64,000 nucleotides of DNA from an uncultured Verrucomicrobiae bacterium (GCA_963707025.1 CAVPOM010000006.1:320001-384000), one strand, 5' to 3'. Positions 10,194 through 23,804 are shown, counted from the stretch's first letter. Translations and numbers: made by a program. The notes: a model not told the origin generated them from the sequence alone.

Positions 10194-13100
10194 ATGCCAG
10201 GCTTCCTTTCCAAAGCGCTGATTGGCTGGCGGAGGCTGATGGCGGCATCGGCCCTGGCGGCGGCGCTGGGGGCGGCGGCGGCGACCCCCATCCTGGAAGG
10301 CCAGACCGCGCGTCCCTTGCGCTATCATCCTGAGGGCACGGATTTTGTCATCACCAACGGCGCGGAATTCTTCAACCGCCCCCTCTACGGCCCCAACACC
10401 GCCTTTCGCGTGGATGCGGGCGACCAGCCGGAGTTCGCGCTGTATCTGCCGGGCCGCGGGGGCAACCTCCGCCTCGGCCTGCAGACGCGGCCGGCGCGAA
10501 ATGGCTGTGGGAGGCCGACCGGGTGGTGGCACGCTACCGGCCCGGATGCATGATTTACGAAATTGGCGACGCGCTCCTGGGGGACGGGAAATTGCAATTG
10601 ACAGCGATGGCCCTGGACAAGACGGAAGGGCTGGCGCTGCGCGTGGCATGGGAGGGAGCGGCCGCGGGGGCCGGGCTGGTGTGGGCTTACGGCGGCGTCA
10701 ACGGCCAGCGCGGCGCGCGCGACGGGGACATCGGCACGGAGCGCGTGCCGGTCAGCGAATTCTTCCAATTGCAAGCGGCCTTCTGCCAGGGCAACGAGTT
10801 TGACCTGGAGGGCGATCGGTTCACGCTGCGCAGCCGGCCAGGCCACCATTGCGGGCCTGATGCCGCCCGGCAGCAAATTGGCGCTGGCGGAGGCGACGAA
10901 CTGGGCGTCGTTGAAAGACCTGCTGGCCCCGGCGAGCCGGCCGGTGACACTGCCGGTGGTCATCGGACAAGCCGGGCTGCGCAGCGGTCAACCGCTTTTC
11001 ATAGTGTTGCAGCGGCTGGCGGCGGGCGGGGAAAGCCAGGATGGACCGCGTGCGCCGGCCTACAAAGTGGAGGATTTGCCGAAGATTTTCGCCGCCGCCG
11101 AGGAACACCGCCGCCAATTGGCGGAAAGGATGGTGGTGGATACGCCGGACCCGTTCATCAACGCCGCCGCCGCCGCGCTCGGTGTGGCGGCCGACGGGGT
11201 GTGGGATGAGCGGCAAGGAGCGGTCATGCACGGCGCGGTCGCCTGGCGCGCCAAGTTGTTGGGCTGGCGCGGAGATTACATCAACGATGAACTGGGCTGG
11301 CATGAGCGCGCGCAACGGGATTTCACCTACTGGGCGGGGCGGCAGAACACCGGACCCATTCCCGCCGCCATCCTGCCGGCGGACGCGGCGGCCAATCTGT
11401 CGCGCAACGAGGCGTCTTTGCACAGCAACGGCGACCTGTCCAATTCGCATTACGACATGAACCTGGTTTTTGTGGACGCGCTCTTCCGCCACCTGCTTTG
11501 GACGGGGGACCTGGAGTTCGCGCGGCAAATGTGGCCGGTCATCCAACGGCACCTGGCTTGGGAGCAGCGCCTGTTCCGCCGTCCCTTCGGCCCCGACGGC
11601 CTGCCGCTTTACGAGGCCTACGCCGCCATCTGGGCCAGCGACGACCTGGAATATGAAGGGGGCGGGGCGGCGCACGCCACGGCCTACAACTATTACCACA
11701 ACAAAATGGCGGCGCGCCTGGCCAAACTCTTGGGCGCGGACCCCGCCCCTTACGAGCGCGAGGCGGCATTGATCGCGCGGGCCATGCGGCGCGAGTTGTG
11801 GCTGCCCGACCGCGGCTGGTTCGCCGAATGGAAGGATTATCTGGGCCTGCAAGGCGCGCATCCCGATGCGGCGCTTTGGACGTTTTACCACACGGTGGAC
11901 TCGGAAGCGGCCACCCCGCTGGAGGCGTGGCAGATGACGCGCTTCGTGGACACGCAAATCGCCCATATTCCCATCCGCGGCCCGGGCGTCCCGCCAGGCT
12001 GCTACACGCTGCCCACGACGAGCTGGATGCCCTACACCTGGTCGCTCAACAACGTGGTGATGGCGGAGGCGCAGCACACCGCGCTGGCCTTCTGGCAGGC
12101 CGGGCGGAGCGAGGAGGCCTTCCGCCTGTGCAAGGGCAGTATTCTGGACAGCATGTTCCTGGGCCTGTGCCCCGGCAACGCCGGCATGTGTACCTGGTTC
12201 GACGCCAACCGGCGCGAGTCCCAGCGCGACTTCGCCGACGGCATTGGCATGACGGCGCGCGCGCTGGTGGAGGGATTGTTCGGCGTCAGGCCCGACGCGC
12301 TGGCGGGCGAAGTGCGCATTCGTCCCGGCTTCCCGGCGGACTGGGAGCGGGCCAGTCTGCGCCACCGCGACTTCAACTTTGCCTTCCGGCGCGCGGGGCT
12401 GGCCGAGACTTTCACGCTGCAAACGGCCTTTGCCAAACCGATGGCGCTGCGGCTGCAGGTTGCGGCGTTGCGCGACGGCATCGCCAGCGTGACGGTCAAT
12501 GGCGCGCCGGCGCAATGGCGGGCGTTGGAAGACGCGGTGGGCTGGCCCCGGGTGGAAATTGAGAGCGCGGCGGCGCCGCGGCAGGAAGTGGTTATTGTAT
12601 GGAAAGGGGAAGAACCGGCGCGGGCGGAGGTCCCGGCCATCGCGAGCAAAAACGGAGCCATACGGGCGCAGTTCGGCACGGCCCGCTTGCGCGAAGTGGC
12701 CGACCCACAGGGGGCGCTGGGCCAACTGACGACGGAGACCAACGGGTTCCGCGCCGTGGCGGCCGGAAGGGCGGGCCACCGCACCGCGTTCGCCCAGGTT
12801 CAGCAGGGCGGGATGATCTGGTGGCTGCCGGCGCCGTTCGAGATAAGGCCGGCGTATGAAATTGTTGCGGCGGAGAGGCAGGGGGCCGGCCACCTGCGCT
12901 TTCGCCTGCGCAACAACACCTCGGCCGCGCTGGACGGCGCGGCGGCGGTCCGCGCGGGCGGGCGCGTGGTCAACATCCGGCTGCGCGCGCCCGCCTTTGG
13001 AGAGTCGGAAGAAATCGTCTTGACAGATGAGGGATTGCTGCCCGGCACCAACCCGGTCGGCGTGGACCTTGGCGGCGGGCAAACCGTGGAAGGTGCGGTG

Positions 13101-13865
13101 GTCAACTGGAAGCTGGCGGCCGGTCCGGCGGCGGTCCGGTGGGACCTGGTGGACCTGACGGCGCTGTTTAACGACAATGTCACTCAGATTTTCCGCAACG
13201 ACTACCGGTCGCCCCGTTCGCCGTTTTGCTCGCTGGCGATTCCGCAGCAGGGATTCGGCAGTTGGTGCAGTCCCACGGCCAGTTTCGAGGTGGACGACAG
13301 CGGGCTGCGCGCGGCCTCCGGCAAAGGAGGCGGGCGTTTGTGGACGCCGCCGGGTGTGCCGTTCCAGACCCCGGGTCCGGGCGGGGGCAGGAACATCGCC
13401 TTCACGTCCCGGTGGGACAATTATCCGCATGAAATATCGGCGCCCCTGCATGGCAAGTCGGCGCGGGCCTGGTTTTTGCTGGCGGGATCTTCCAATCCGA
13501 TGCAGAGCCAGTTCGACAACGGCGAAATAGTGGTGGCCTACACGGACGGCTCCAGCGAGCGTCTGGCCCTGCGCAATCCCACCACCTGGTGGCCGATAGA
13601 CCAGGATTATTTCCTGGACGACTTCGCCTTCCGCCGTCCCGACCCGATCCCGCCGCGGGTGGATTTGCGCACCGGCCAGGTGCGGATACTGGAGGCGGCC
13701 AGCTTCAAAGGCCGCGGGGGCAAAGTGCCGGGCGGAGCGGCCACGATGCTCGACCTGCCGCTCAATCCGGCAAAGGAACTGCAGTCCCTGACCGTTCGCA
13801 CCCTGGCCAACGAAGTCGTCATCGGGCTGATGGCGGTGACGTTGGAAAGGCCAAGCGACAAATGA
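10194..13865 (+). CDS. DUF4450-domain secreted glycoside hydrolase-like protein (two apparent frameshifts, ~10486 and ~10838)
   Basis: RPLRYHPEGTDFVITNGAEFFNRPLYG start and (alpha/alpha)6-like region (HYDMNLVFVDAL, WASDDLEY); ORFs 10194-10553, 10523-11209 and 10800-13865 join with single-base corrections. Confidence 0.75.
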
Positions 13866-14283
13866 TAGAGGCTGAATGCGGTGGTGGAGTGATGGAGTGA
13901 TGGAGGATGGAAAAGACCGGATGGAAGGCAGGGGAAATGATGGTCCGAGGAATAATCCTGAAACGGCTTTTTCTCATTCCTTTAAGGATCATTCCCCGTC
14001 ATTGCCTTGGGCAAGAAGTTATTCCCGCAAAATGGCGGACGCGCGTTTTGCAGAGGTCTCAGAATGTAAAATAAAGTCGCGTTCAAGACTTGATTTTGGG
14101 GGCTGGCGGCGATATCCTTGCTGGCAAGACCGGTCAGACGCCATTCCGGTTTTTGTCCGCACGCCAATTGAAGTGGAAGCGCTTTAAGGTGGTGGCAACA
14201 TCACCTGCGCCAAGCCCGCGCGCAGCCGGGCCGGGCCGGGCGATGTTTTTTATCGTGACGATTTGAAGATAGTATTGGCCGGT

Positions 14284-15156
<873 letters not shown>

Positions 15157-15180
15157 GGTGCAAAGGGGTTCAGGGCCAAT

Positions 15181-16145
15181 TCAGGGGTCGGGGAGGAGGA
15201 TGATTTTGCCGCGGGCGCCGGGCTGGAGGATTTGCTGGTGGGCGCGCGGGGCCTGGGCCAGCGGGAGTTCGCAGGCAATGACGGGATTAAGGACGCCGTT
15301 TTCAAGGGCGGCGGCCAAGGCGCAATGGATGGCCTGTTTGTCTTTTTCGGAGGCAATGAAGAGCATCATGCCGCGGATTTCGGCGTCGCGCTTCATGGTT
15401 TCGCGGGGGTCAATTTCTATCTTGCCGCGGTTGCCGATGACGATGACGCGGCCATTGGCGGCGAGAATGGAAAGGTCGTTGGCCAGGTTCACGTTGGCCA
15501 GCATTTCGAGAATGATGTCGGGGCCGCGGCCGGCGGTCAGGGCGGTGACTTGCTGGAGGTAATCCGCGGTGTGATGGTCCAGGACGTGATGGGCGCCGAG
15601 CTGGCGGACCAGGCCGGCGCTGGCCGGGTGCCGGCAGTGGCGATGATGTTTAAACCGGCGGCGCGGGCGAGTTGGATGGCGGCGTTGCCAACGCCGCCGC
15701 TGGCGCCGTGGATGAGGACGGTTTCACCGGGAATGGCGCGGGCGCGCTGGAACAAGGCCCGCCAAGCGGTGGCGCTGGGGATATTGACGGCCGCGCCCTG
15801 GGAGAAGGAGATTTTTTCAGGCAAGGGATGGACATCGGAGGGTTGGCAAAGGGTCAGGCCGGCATAAGCGCCGGTGAGCGTGCCGCTGGTATAGACGCGC
15901 GCGCCGGGCGGCCAGCCGCGCACGGAATCGCCGGCGGCCAGGACTTCGCCGGCGGCGTCGGTGCCGGGGGTGTAGGGGAGGGAGAGGGCGGGATTGGAGC
16001 CGGAGCGCAAATAGGTTTCCACGGGATTGACGCCAATGGCGCGGACGCGAATGAGAATCTGGTTGGGGCCGGGTTGCGGGTCGGGCACCTGTTGGAGGGA
16101 CAGGACCTCCGGACCGCCGAATTGGTGAACGCGGATTGCTTTCAT
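15181..16145 (-). CDS. NADPH:quinone reductase, MDR family (frameshift ~15627)
   Basis: MKAIRVHQFGGPEVL, GVNPVETY, LIHGASGGVG; C-terminal half (GARGKIILL) in the next frame. Confidence 0.88.
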
Positions 16146-16150
16146 AAAGG

Positions 16151-17567
16151 TTAGTTTTCGCAGCCGCCGCCGAGGACGGCGTAAAGCGTAACCTGGTTGG
16201 CGAGCTTTGCCAAGCGGAGGGAGCCAAGCACCTGCTGCGCGGCGTAGAGGGAACGTTGCGCATCCAGGACACTCAGGTAGCTGTCAATCCCCATGTTGTA
16301 ACGGGAATTGGACAAGCGATAAGTTTCCGCCACGGCCTGCACCAGGGATTGTTGGGCCTGGACCTGCTGGTCCACGGTGCCGCGGACGGCCAGGGCGTCG
16401 GCCACCTCCCGGAAGGCGCTCTGAATCGCCTTCTCGTATTGGGCGACGGCTATTTCCCGTTGCACTTTGACGGCCTTGTTGGCGGACCAGGTGCGGGCAT
16501 CAAATACCGGCAGGACAATCTGGGGCGCATAGCTCCAGGAGCCTGAGCCGGACTTGAAGAGGCCGGAGAGATCGCCGCTGGCGGTGCCAACGGCGGCGGT
16601 CAGGGAAATTTGCGGGAAGAATGCCGCCCGGGCGGCGCCGATGTCGGCATTGGCCGCCTTGAGCAGATCCTCGGCTTGGAGGACATCAGGCCAGGCGCAG
16701 GAGCACCTCCGAAGATAAACCCGCGCTGATTTCCTGGAAAGGAGCAACGCTCTCCAGCGCGGCGGGCAGTAAGTTGCCCGGCACCGGTGAGCCCGCCAGG
16801 AGGTTCAAGGCATTCTCATCCAGCGCGATCAGTTGTTGGTAGCTGGCGATGTCCCTGCGGGCGCCCTCGACTTGCGTTTGAGCGCGCTGCACATCCAAAT
16901 CTGCCGCCAGGCCCAGGTCATGGCGCCGCTGGATCATATTGAAAGTGCCCTGCTGTGCCGCCAGAGTGGTTTGCGCCAGGGCCAGGCTCCACCGATCCGC
17001 CGCCAAGGTCAGCCAGGCGTTGGCCACCGAAGAGACCAGCAGGATTTGGGCGCTGTGGCGGGCCTGTTCTGTGGCCAGGAATTGCTCCAGGGCCTGGTCT
17101 TTGAGGCTGCGGATGCGGCCGAAGAAGTCTATTTCCCAGGAAGCGACGCCGAGATTAACGCTGTCCTGTTCAATGGTTAACGCATTGCCGCTCTGCCCAA
17201 AGAAAGAGGCGGGAATCCGCTGCTTGCTCGCCAGGCCGGTGGCATTGAGGCTGGGCGCCAGTCCTCCCCTTTGAATGCCGTACTGGGCGCGGGCCAGTTC
17301 CACATTCAGAGCGGCCACGCGCAGATCGCGGTTATTGGTCAAGGCCGTAGCGATGACTTGTTGAAGGTTTTCGTCGGTGAAGAACTGCCGCCATCGGAGT
17401 TGCGGCGCCTCTGGCGCATTGGTGGCCGGTGGGATGGGCTGGCCGGCTGTGGCCGTGGGCCAGGCGGCGGGGACCGGCGCGTTGGGCCGCGTGTATTTCG
17501 GAGCCATGGTGCAGCCAGCCGGGAAGAGGGCGATGCCAACGAGTAAAAGAATTGTGATCTGGTTCAT
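16151..17567 (-). CDS. RND outer membrane factor, OprM/NodT lipoprotein (frameshift ~16693)
   Basis: Lipobox [15 protein letters not shown], (R)RPDVLQAE...[27 protein letters not shown]. Confidence 0.9.
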
Positions 17568-17568
17568 T

Positions 17569-20500
17569 TTATGGATGACCGGGTGGAGTCGAGGCCAGGC
17601 CCTGGGCTGCCGGTGGCGGGACTGGTTTGCCCAGGGTCTTCTGGATTAACACATAAAACAGCGGCGCAAAGAGTGTGACCAGGAAGGTCGAGGTGACCAC
17701 CCCGCCCAGCACAGCGGTGCCGATGGCTTTTTGAGCGCCCCCGCCCGCGCCGGCGGCAAAGGCCAGCGGCAGGACCCCGAAACCGAAGGCCAGGGAGGTC
17801 ATGATGATGGGACGCAGCCTCAGTTTGGCCGCTTGCAGAGTCGCCGGGATCAGTCCCATCCCTTCATCCACGCGCGACTTGGCAAACTGGACGATGAGGA
17901 TGGCGTTCTTGGTGGTCAGGCCCAGAGTGGTCAACAGGCCGATCTGAAAGTAGATGTCATTGGGCAATCCCCGCAGCGAGGTGCCGATGACGCCGCCGAT
18001 GACGCCCAGGGGCAGGGCCAGCAGGATGGAAATGGGGATGGGCCAACTCTCGTAGAGGGCGGCCAGGCAGAGGAAGATGACCAGGATGGAAAAGGCGTAA
18101 ATGGGCGCCGTCTGGGCGCCGGCCTGCCGTTCCTGGTAGGAAAGACCGTTCCAGTCAAAGCCGACGCCGTGCGGCAACTTTTTGACGAAGTCTTCCATGG
18201 CTTGCATGGACTCGCCGGAACTCCTCCCTGGCGCGGCCTCGCCCACAATGTTGATGGACGGAAAGCCGTTGAAGCGCTCCAACCGGGGAGAGCCGGCCGT
18301 CCAGTGCCCGGAGGCAAAGGAAGAAAAGGGAACCATCCTGCCCGCGTTGTTGCGCACATAAAGCTGCTCCAGGTCTTTGGGCAACATCCGGTAGGCAGCA
18401 TCGGCCTGGACAAAGACCCGTTTGACGCGGCCGCCTTGGATGAAGTCATTGACATAGGCGCTGCCGAAGGCAGCCGAGATGGTGTTGTGAATATCGCTGA
18501 TCGGCGTCCCCAGGGCGCCGGCCTTCTCCCAATCCACGTCCACCCGATACTCGGGGACATCTTCAAAACCATTGGGGCGAACCTTGGTCAGGACTGGGTC
18601 CTGCGCCGCCAAGCCCAGGAGTTGGTTGCGGGCCGCCAGCAGCCCGGCGTGGCTCAGACCGCCCCGGTCGAGCAACTGGAAGTCAAACCCCTTGGCGAGG
18701 CCCAGTTCGACGACGGCCGGCGGGGCGAAGGCAAAGACCATGGCATTGCGGATTTGGGAAAAATCTGCCATGGCTCTTCCGGCCACGGCGTCCACCTTCA
18801 GCTCCGGACGATTCCGCAGTTTCCAATCCTTCAGATCAACGAAGGCCAGGCCGGCGTTCTGCCCCTGGCCGGAGAGGCTCATGCCGGAGACGGTGAAGCA
18901 GGATTCCACCGAGTTTTTCTCCTGGTTCACAAAGAAGTCATTGACGTGATCCATCACCTGCTGGGTCTGCTCCAGGGTGGAGTTGGCCGGGAGCATGGCT
19001 TGCACTAACAGGACGCCTTGATCTTCGTCCGGGAGATAGGCGGTGGGCATCCGATGAAAGCCGTAGGCCAATGCCCCCACGATGAGCAGGAAAAAGATCA
19101 GGAAGGGGAAGGTTGTGGACAGGGACAGTCCCACCAAGCGGAGATAGCGATCCCTGGCCCGAAAGAAAACGCGGTCAAACCAGCGGAAGAATGGCCGCAG
19201 AAACCAGACCCCCGCCTCCGCCGGTTCATGTCCCTTGGGCACCGGCTTGAGAAAGGAGGCGCACAGCACCGGGGTCAAGACCAGGGCAACCAGCACCGAA
19301 AGGAGCATGGCGGCGCTGATGGTGACGGAAAACTGACGGTAAATGACCCCGGTGGAGCCGCTAAAAAAGGCCATGGGACCGAAGACGGCGGAGAGGACCA
19401 GGCCGATGCCGATCAAGGCGCTGGTGATTTGGTCCATGGACTTGCGCGTGGCCTCCAAGGGGGAGAGACCTTCCTCGCTCATAATCCGCTCCACGTTTTC
19501 CACCACCACGATGGCGTCGTCCACCAGCAGGCCAATGGCCAGCACCATGGCGAACATGGTGAGCATGTTGATGGAGAAGCCGAAAAACCCCAGGACGGCG
19601 AAAGTTCCCAGGAGCACCACGGGGACGGCGATGGTGGGGATCAAGGTGGCCCGCAAGTTGCCCATGAAAAGGTACATCACCAGGAAAACCAGCCCGATGG
19701 CCTCGAAGAGAGTCTTGACCACCTCGCCGATGGCCACCCGGACAAATGGGGTGGTGTCATAGGGATAGACGACCTTCATGCCGGGCGGAAAGAAGTGGCT
19801 CAACTCCTCCATCTTGGCCCGGATGGCATCGGCTGTGCCCAAGGCGTTGGCGCCGGCGGCCTGCCGGATGGCCATGCCGGCCGCGGGCTTGCCGTTGTAA
19901 AAGCCTTCGATATCGTAGGATTCAGTGCCGAGTTCCGTCCGCCCCACATCCTTGATCCGCACCACGGAGCCATCGGGATTGGTGCGGATGGGGATGGCGG
20001 CAAACTCCCCGGGTGTTTTGAGCAGGCTTTGGACAATGATGGAGGCATTGAGGCGCTGGCCTTTCTCCGCCGGCGCTCCGCCGAACTGCCCGGCGGACAC
20101 TTCCACGTTATAGGCCTGGAGCGCCACGATCACATCCTCAATGGTCATGTTATATTCGGTCAGCTTGTCGGGATTGAGCCAGATGCGCATCGCATACTGG
20201 CTGCCGAATTCGTCCACTTCACCGACCCCCGGCACGCGCGAAAGCACCTTTTCCAGGCTGGACTGGGCATAGTCCCGCAAGTCATTGCCATCCATGCTCC
20301 CATCTTCGGAGATGAGGCCAATGACCAACAGGTAGTTGCGAGTGGACTTGCTCACCGTCACGCCCTGGCGCTGCACCACCTCCGGCAGACTCGCCGTGGC
20401 GAGTTGAAGCTTGTTCTGCACCTGGGCCCAGGCCAGGTCCGGATTGGTGCCGGGAGCAAAGGTGAGCTCAACACGGGCATTGCCGGACGAATCGCTGGTG

Positions 20501-20742
20501 GCGGACAAGTAGAGCATGGTGTCGAAGCCGGTCATCTTCTGCTCGATAATCTGGGTCACGCTGTTTTCAACCGTCTCGGCCGAGGCTCCCGGATAAAACG
20601 CGGTGATGGCGATGGAAGGAGGAGCGATGGGAGGGTACTGCGAGATGGGCAGGGTATGGATGGCCAGGCCGCCCGCCACCATCAGGATGATGGCGATGAC
20701 CCAGGCGAAGACCGGACGCTTCAGGAAAAATCTCGATAACAT
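17569..20742 (-). CDS. RND efflux permease (AcrB/MexB family)
   Basis: MLSRFFLKRPVFAWVIAI, GLLVDDAIVVVENVER, RLRPIIMTSLAF. Confidence 0.97.
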   Translation of the reverse strand: MLSRFFLKRPVFAWVIAIILMVAGGLAIHTLPISQYPPIAPPSIAITAFYPGASAETVENSVTQIIEQKMTGFDTMLYLSATSDSSGNARVELTFAPGTNPDLAWAQVQNKLQLATASLPEVVQRQGVTVSKSTRNYLLVIGLISEDGSMDGNDLRDYAQSSLEKVLSRVPGVGEVDEFGSQYAMRIWLNPDKLTEYNMTIEDVIVALQAYNVEVSAGQFGGAPAEKGQRLNASIIVQSLLKTPGEFAAIPIRTNPDGSVVRIKDVGRTELGTESYDIEGFYNGKPAAGMAIRQAAGANALGTADAIRAKMEELSHFFPPGMKVVYPYDTTPFVRVAIGEVVKTLFEAIGLVFLVMYLFMGNLRATLIPTIAVPVVLLGTFAVLGFFGFSINMLTMFAMVLAIGLLVDDAIVVVENVERIMSEEGLSPLEATRKSMDQITSALIGIGLVLSAVFGPMAFFSGSTGVIYRQFSVTISAAMLLSVLVALVLTPVLCASFLKPVPKGHEPAEAGVWFLRPFFRWFDRVFFRARDRYLRLVGLSLSTTFPFLIFFLLIVGALAYGFHRMPTAYLPDEDQGVLLVQAMLPANSTLEQTQQVMDHVNDFFVNQEKNSVESCFTVSGMSLSGQGQNAGLAFVDLKDWKLRNRPELKVDAVAGRAMADFSQIRNAMVFAFAPPAVVELGLAKGFDFQLLDRGGLSHAGLLAARNQLLGLAAQDPVLTKVRPNGFEDVPEYRVDVDWEKAGALGTPISDIHNTISAAFGSAYVNDFIQGGRVKRVFVQADAAYRMLPKDLEQLYVRNNAGRMVPFSSFASGHWTAGSPRLERFNGFPSINIVGEAAPGRSSGESMQAMEDFVKKLPHGVGFDWNGLSYQERQAGAQTAPIYAFSILVIFLCLAALYESWPIPISILLALPLGVIGGVIGTSLRGLPNDIYFQIGLLTTLGLTTKNAILIVQFAKSRVDEGMGLIPATLQAAKLRLRPIIMTSLAFGFGVLPLAFAAGAGGGAQKAIGTAVLGGVVTSTFLVTLFAPLFYVLIQKTLGKPVPPPAAQGLASTPPGHP

Positions 20743-20752
20743 GGCGGCTCCG

Positions 20753-21947
20753 TCAATTCGAGGCTGGGGCGGGCTGGGCCGCGTTGCCTGGTTTTGCCTC
20801 CGGTGGCGGAGCGTCCTGGAAAGGGACCTCTTTCACCACGACGCCGGGCTGAACTTTTTGCATGCCCTCGGCGATAACCCGGTCGCCGGGCGCCAGGCCT
20901 GAGGAGACAAGCCATTGGCCGCCAACGGCCCGGTCCAGGGTGAGCATCCGTTGCTCCACTTTGCCGGCGGCGTCCACGATCAGGGCGAGGGGATTGCCCT
21001 TTGCATCGCGCGACACGGCCTGCTGGGGAATCAAAATACCCTGCTCATTGACGCCTTCATTGACCACCGCGCGCACGAACATGCCCGGCAGGAGAACCCC
21101 GTGCGGATTAGGGAAAACCATGCGCACGATGACGGAGGCGGTGGTGGGATCAACCGGAGACGTCGCGGAATTGAAGGGTCCCCTGCAAAGGATACTTGGT
21201 GCCGTCTTCGAGGATGAGATCCACCTGGTTGGCGTTCGTCCCATCACGATTGATCCGCTTTTCCTCCAGGCGGCGCTGCCATCGCAGCAGTGCGGTGGTG
21301 GATTGGGGCACGTCCACATAGATGGGGTCCAGTTGCTGAATGGTGGCCAGGGCGGTGGGTTGATAAGCGGTCGCGATGGCGCCATCCGTCACGGAGGATA
21401 TTCCAATCCTTCCGGAGATGGGTGAGACCACCCGGGTGTATCCCAGGTTAATGCGGGCTGTCTCCAACATCGCCTGGTAATAGGCCATGTCAGCGACGGC
21501 CTGTTTGAGGGCGGCCGTGGCATCATCCAGGTCCTGCTGCGCGACCGCTTTGTCGGCCAGGGCTTGCTTGTAGCGATCCGCTTTCAACTGCAGGGCGGGC
21601 AAATTGGCTTCCGCCCGGCCCAGAGCGGCCTGGGCATTGTCGAGCGCCGCCTGGAAGGGCGCGGGATCTATTTGGTAAAGCGTCTGCCCGGCCTGGACAT
21701 CCGAACCTTCGGTAAAGAGGCGTTTCTGGATGAGGCCGTTGACCTGCGGGCGGATCTCGGCAATGCGATAGGGCGAGGTGCGCCCCGGCAACTCGGTGGT
21801 CAGCGCCACCCGTTGCCGGCCCACCGGGACGGTCGCCACTTCCGCCACAGGGGGGGGTGGAGCCTGGACCGGGCGATTGCAGGCAGCGGCCAGCAGGCCG
21901 AGGGCCGCGGCCGGCGCGCCCAGACGAAAACAACTTGCAATTCTCAT
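20753..21947 (-). CDS. RND periplasmic adaptor, AcrA/MexA family (frameshift ~21155)
   Basis: Lipobox LLAAAC, TELPGRTSPYRIAEIRPQVNG, NPHGVLLPGMFVRA in the second frame. Confidence 0.92.
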
Positions 21948-21996
21948 ATTATCCTTACCGGTGAACATTTGCTAACTTAATGGACAGGGCCGCGCC

Positions 21997-22686
21997 TTAC
22001 GATTGAAAAAACAGGGCCAGGGCGCCGGGATTGTAATAAGCGGCCAGGGCCTGGTCCGTCAGCCCCATGCCGCGCAGGACGAACCAGACAGACTGGCCGA
22101 GCAGCTTTTCGCGGGAAACCCGGTAATTGATGGCCGGTCTGGGGGGCAGATGCACCAGGGCCATCCAGGCTCCGACATGATAGGCGAAGCGGGCGCGGTT
22201 ACCCGGGGTGAGCGGGCTATTGACCGCCTCCCCCGCGGCGACGGCGGCCTCCAGGCACGCTTCCATGCGCGCGCAGTAACCATCGAAGCGGCTGCGATAG
22301 ACCAGCCGGGCGAAGGCCCCGTCTTCCAGCAGGCTCCGCAGCATGAGGCGGTGGCGCGTGTCCCAGGCGATCATCCCGACCGGCTGGCCCAGGAGCAGGG
22401 CGCGCATGAAAAAATAGACCAGATAAACGAGGGTGGAGGAGGAGGGTTTGAGGCCGGCCAGTTTTTGCGCGACTGGATCGTTGTCCTGACAACTGAATTT
22501 CAGGATGGCGCGGTAGAGGGCCTGCTTGCCGGGAAAATGTTTATAGAGGAGGGGCTGGGAAACGCCGGCGGCCAGGGCCAGGTCCTTGGTGGTGGTCCGG
22601 GCATAACCCTGGCGGGCGAACAGCGGCAAAGCCGCCGCCACAATCGCCCGCTTCCGGTGCTCCGCCGTCATGCGCCGCCGTTTCAT
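21997..22686 (-). CDS. TetR/AcrR family transcriptional regulator
   Basis: LFARQGYARTTTKDLALAAGVSQPLLYKHFPGK; directly upstream of the RND operon. Confidence 0.92.
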   Translation of the reverse strand: MKRRRMTAEHRKRAIVAAALPLFARQGYARTTTKDLALAAGVSQPLLYKHFPGKQALYRAILKFSCQDNDPVAQKLAGLKPSSSTLVYLVYFFMRALLLGQPVGMIAWDTRHRLMLRSLLEDGAFARLVYRSRFDGYCARMEACLEAAVAAGEAVNSPLTPGNRARFAYHVGAWMALVHLPPRPAINYRVSREKLLGQSVWFVLRGMGLTDQALAAYYNPGALALFFQS

Positions 22687-22771
22687 TGGCGGCAAAGTTA
22701 GTGTTCACTAACCAAAAGTCAATGTGTTTCTTCCACCGCTGCCGCCGGCCGGTTTGGCACGGGCCGGGAAA

Positions 22772-22882
22772 GGTAGGGTCCCGGCAGGCCGGGACTGCCC
22801 GCCGTTGGGCTTTGGCAGAGGAATGAATCTCGCCCGACCGTCGTGCGGCGGGTCCCGATAATTCGGGACCCGCCCTGCCACC
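22772..22882. repeat. GTAG-type REP-like doublet (family A)
   Basis: ggtagggtcccggcaggccgggactgcccgcc ... gtcgtgcggcgggtcccgataattcgggacccgccctgcc. Confidence 0.75.
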
Positions 22883-22911
22883 CAGGACTGACGCATGGCG
22901 CGCCGCGCTCC

Positions 22912-23352
22912 TTATCTGCCCGCCAGATAAGATTGCATCTGGTCAATGGCGGCGCTTTGCGCGGAAATGATCCAGTTCACCATGTCGCCGATGGAAACGA
23001 ACCCAACCATTTTGCCTCCGTCAATGACCGGCAAATGGCGGATGCGTTTTTCCGTCATCAAGCGCATGGCGTCTTCGATGGTGTGTTGGGAAGTGACGGC
23101 GACGACCGCGGTGGAAATGATTTCCCGCACGGCGGTGGCGCGGGAGGATTTGCCTTCCAGGGCGATTTTGCGGGTGTAATCACGCTCGGAAAAAATGCCG
23201 ATGAGCCGGTCGCCCTCCATGACCGGGAGGGCGCCGATGTTTTTTTCCGCCAGGAATTGAATGGCTTCAAAGACGGTGGCACTGGCGGCAATGGTCCAGA
23301 CGGTGGAACCTTTGTGGTGCAGGAGCGTGCCGATCGTGCCGTTGGTTATCAT
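22912..23352 (-). CDS. CBS domain protein
   Basis: KNIGALPVMEGDRLIGIFSERDY, KRIRHLPV...VSIGD. Confidence 0.92.
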   Translation of the reverse strand: MITNGTIGTLLHHKGSTVWTIAASATVFEAIQFLAEKNIGALPVMEGDRLIGIFSERDYTRKIALEGKSSRATAVREIISTAVVAVTSQHTIEDAMRLMTEKRIRHLPVIDGGKMVGFVSIGDMVNWIISAQSAAIDQMQSYLAGR

Positions 23353-23456
23353 GTTGATAAGCAAGTTATGCCATGCCACCTGGCTCATGCCAAGCAGAAA
23401 ATTTGGGGGGCGTGATGCGTCCGTGAAGGAGTGCGCCCGTCCTCGGGGAATGGCGC

Positions 23457-23804
23457 TTAAATAAGACCTAAAACTTTCTTACCCAGCCTCTTACGACGCG
23501 GGGGATGCGGGATGGTTTCAAACAAGACCTGACGGCTCAAGCGTTGCATGGCTTTGATGGTGGCTTGCACCTCCCGCCACTCGGCAATGGCGTCATGGAG
23601 CCACTCATATTGTTCTTTGGAGAGAGCGACACTGACCGTTTTGCCTTTGACCTTGCGGGTCCACTGATAACAAGGGCCGCCTGCTCCGGGGCCGCGGTCT
23701 TGCACGTAGCCCTCGCTGATCCAGCCGGTTCTGGCCAGCCGGTCGCGTAATTGGGCGTATTGGGCCTGCCATTGGGCTGGCCGGGTTGTTTTGTGAGTCG
23801 GCAT
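23457..23804 (-). CDS. DUF6788-like IS-associated small protein
   Basis: GPCYQWTRKVKGKTVSVALS motif; stop codon lies inside the left IR. Confidence 0.7.
   Translation of the reverse strand: MPTHKTTRPAQWQAQYAQLRDRLARTGWISEGYVQDRGPGAGGPCYQWTRKVKGKTVSVALSKEQYEWLHDAIAEWREVQATIKAMQRLSRQVLFETIPHPPRRKRLGKKVLGLI

Noticed and set aside
16151..21947. Pseudogenisation of the RND efflux operon
   Set aside because: Only isolated 1-bp indels with no other decay; more likely assembly errors
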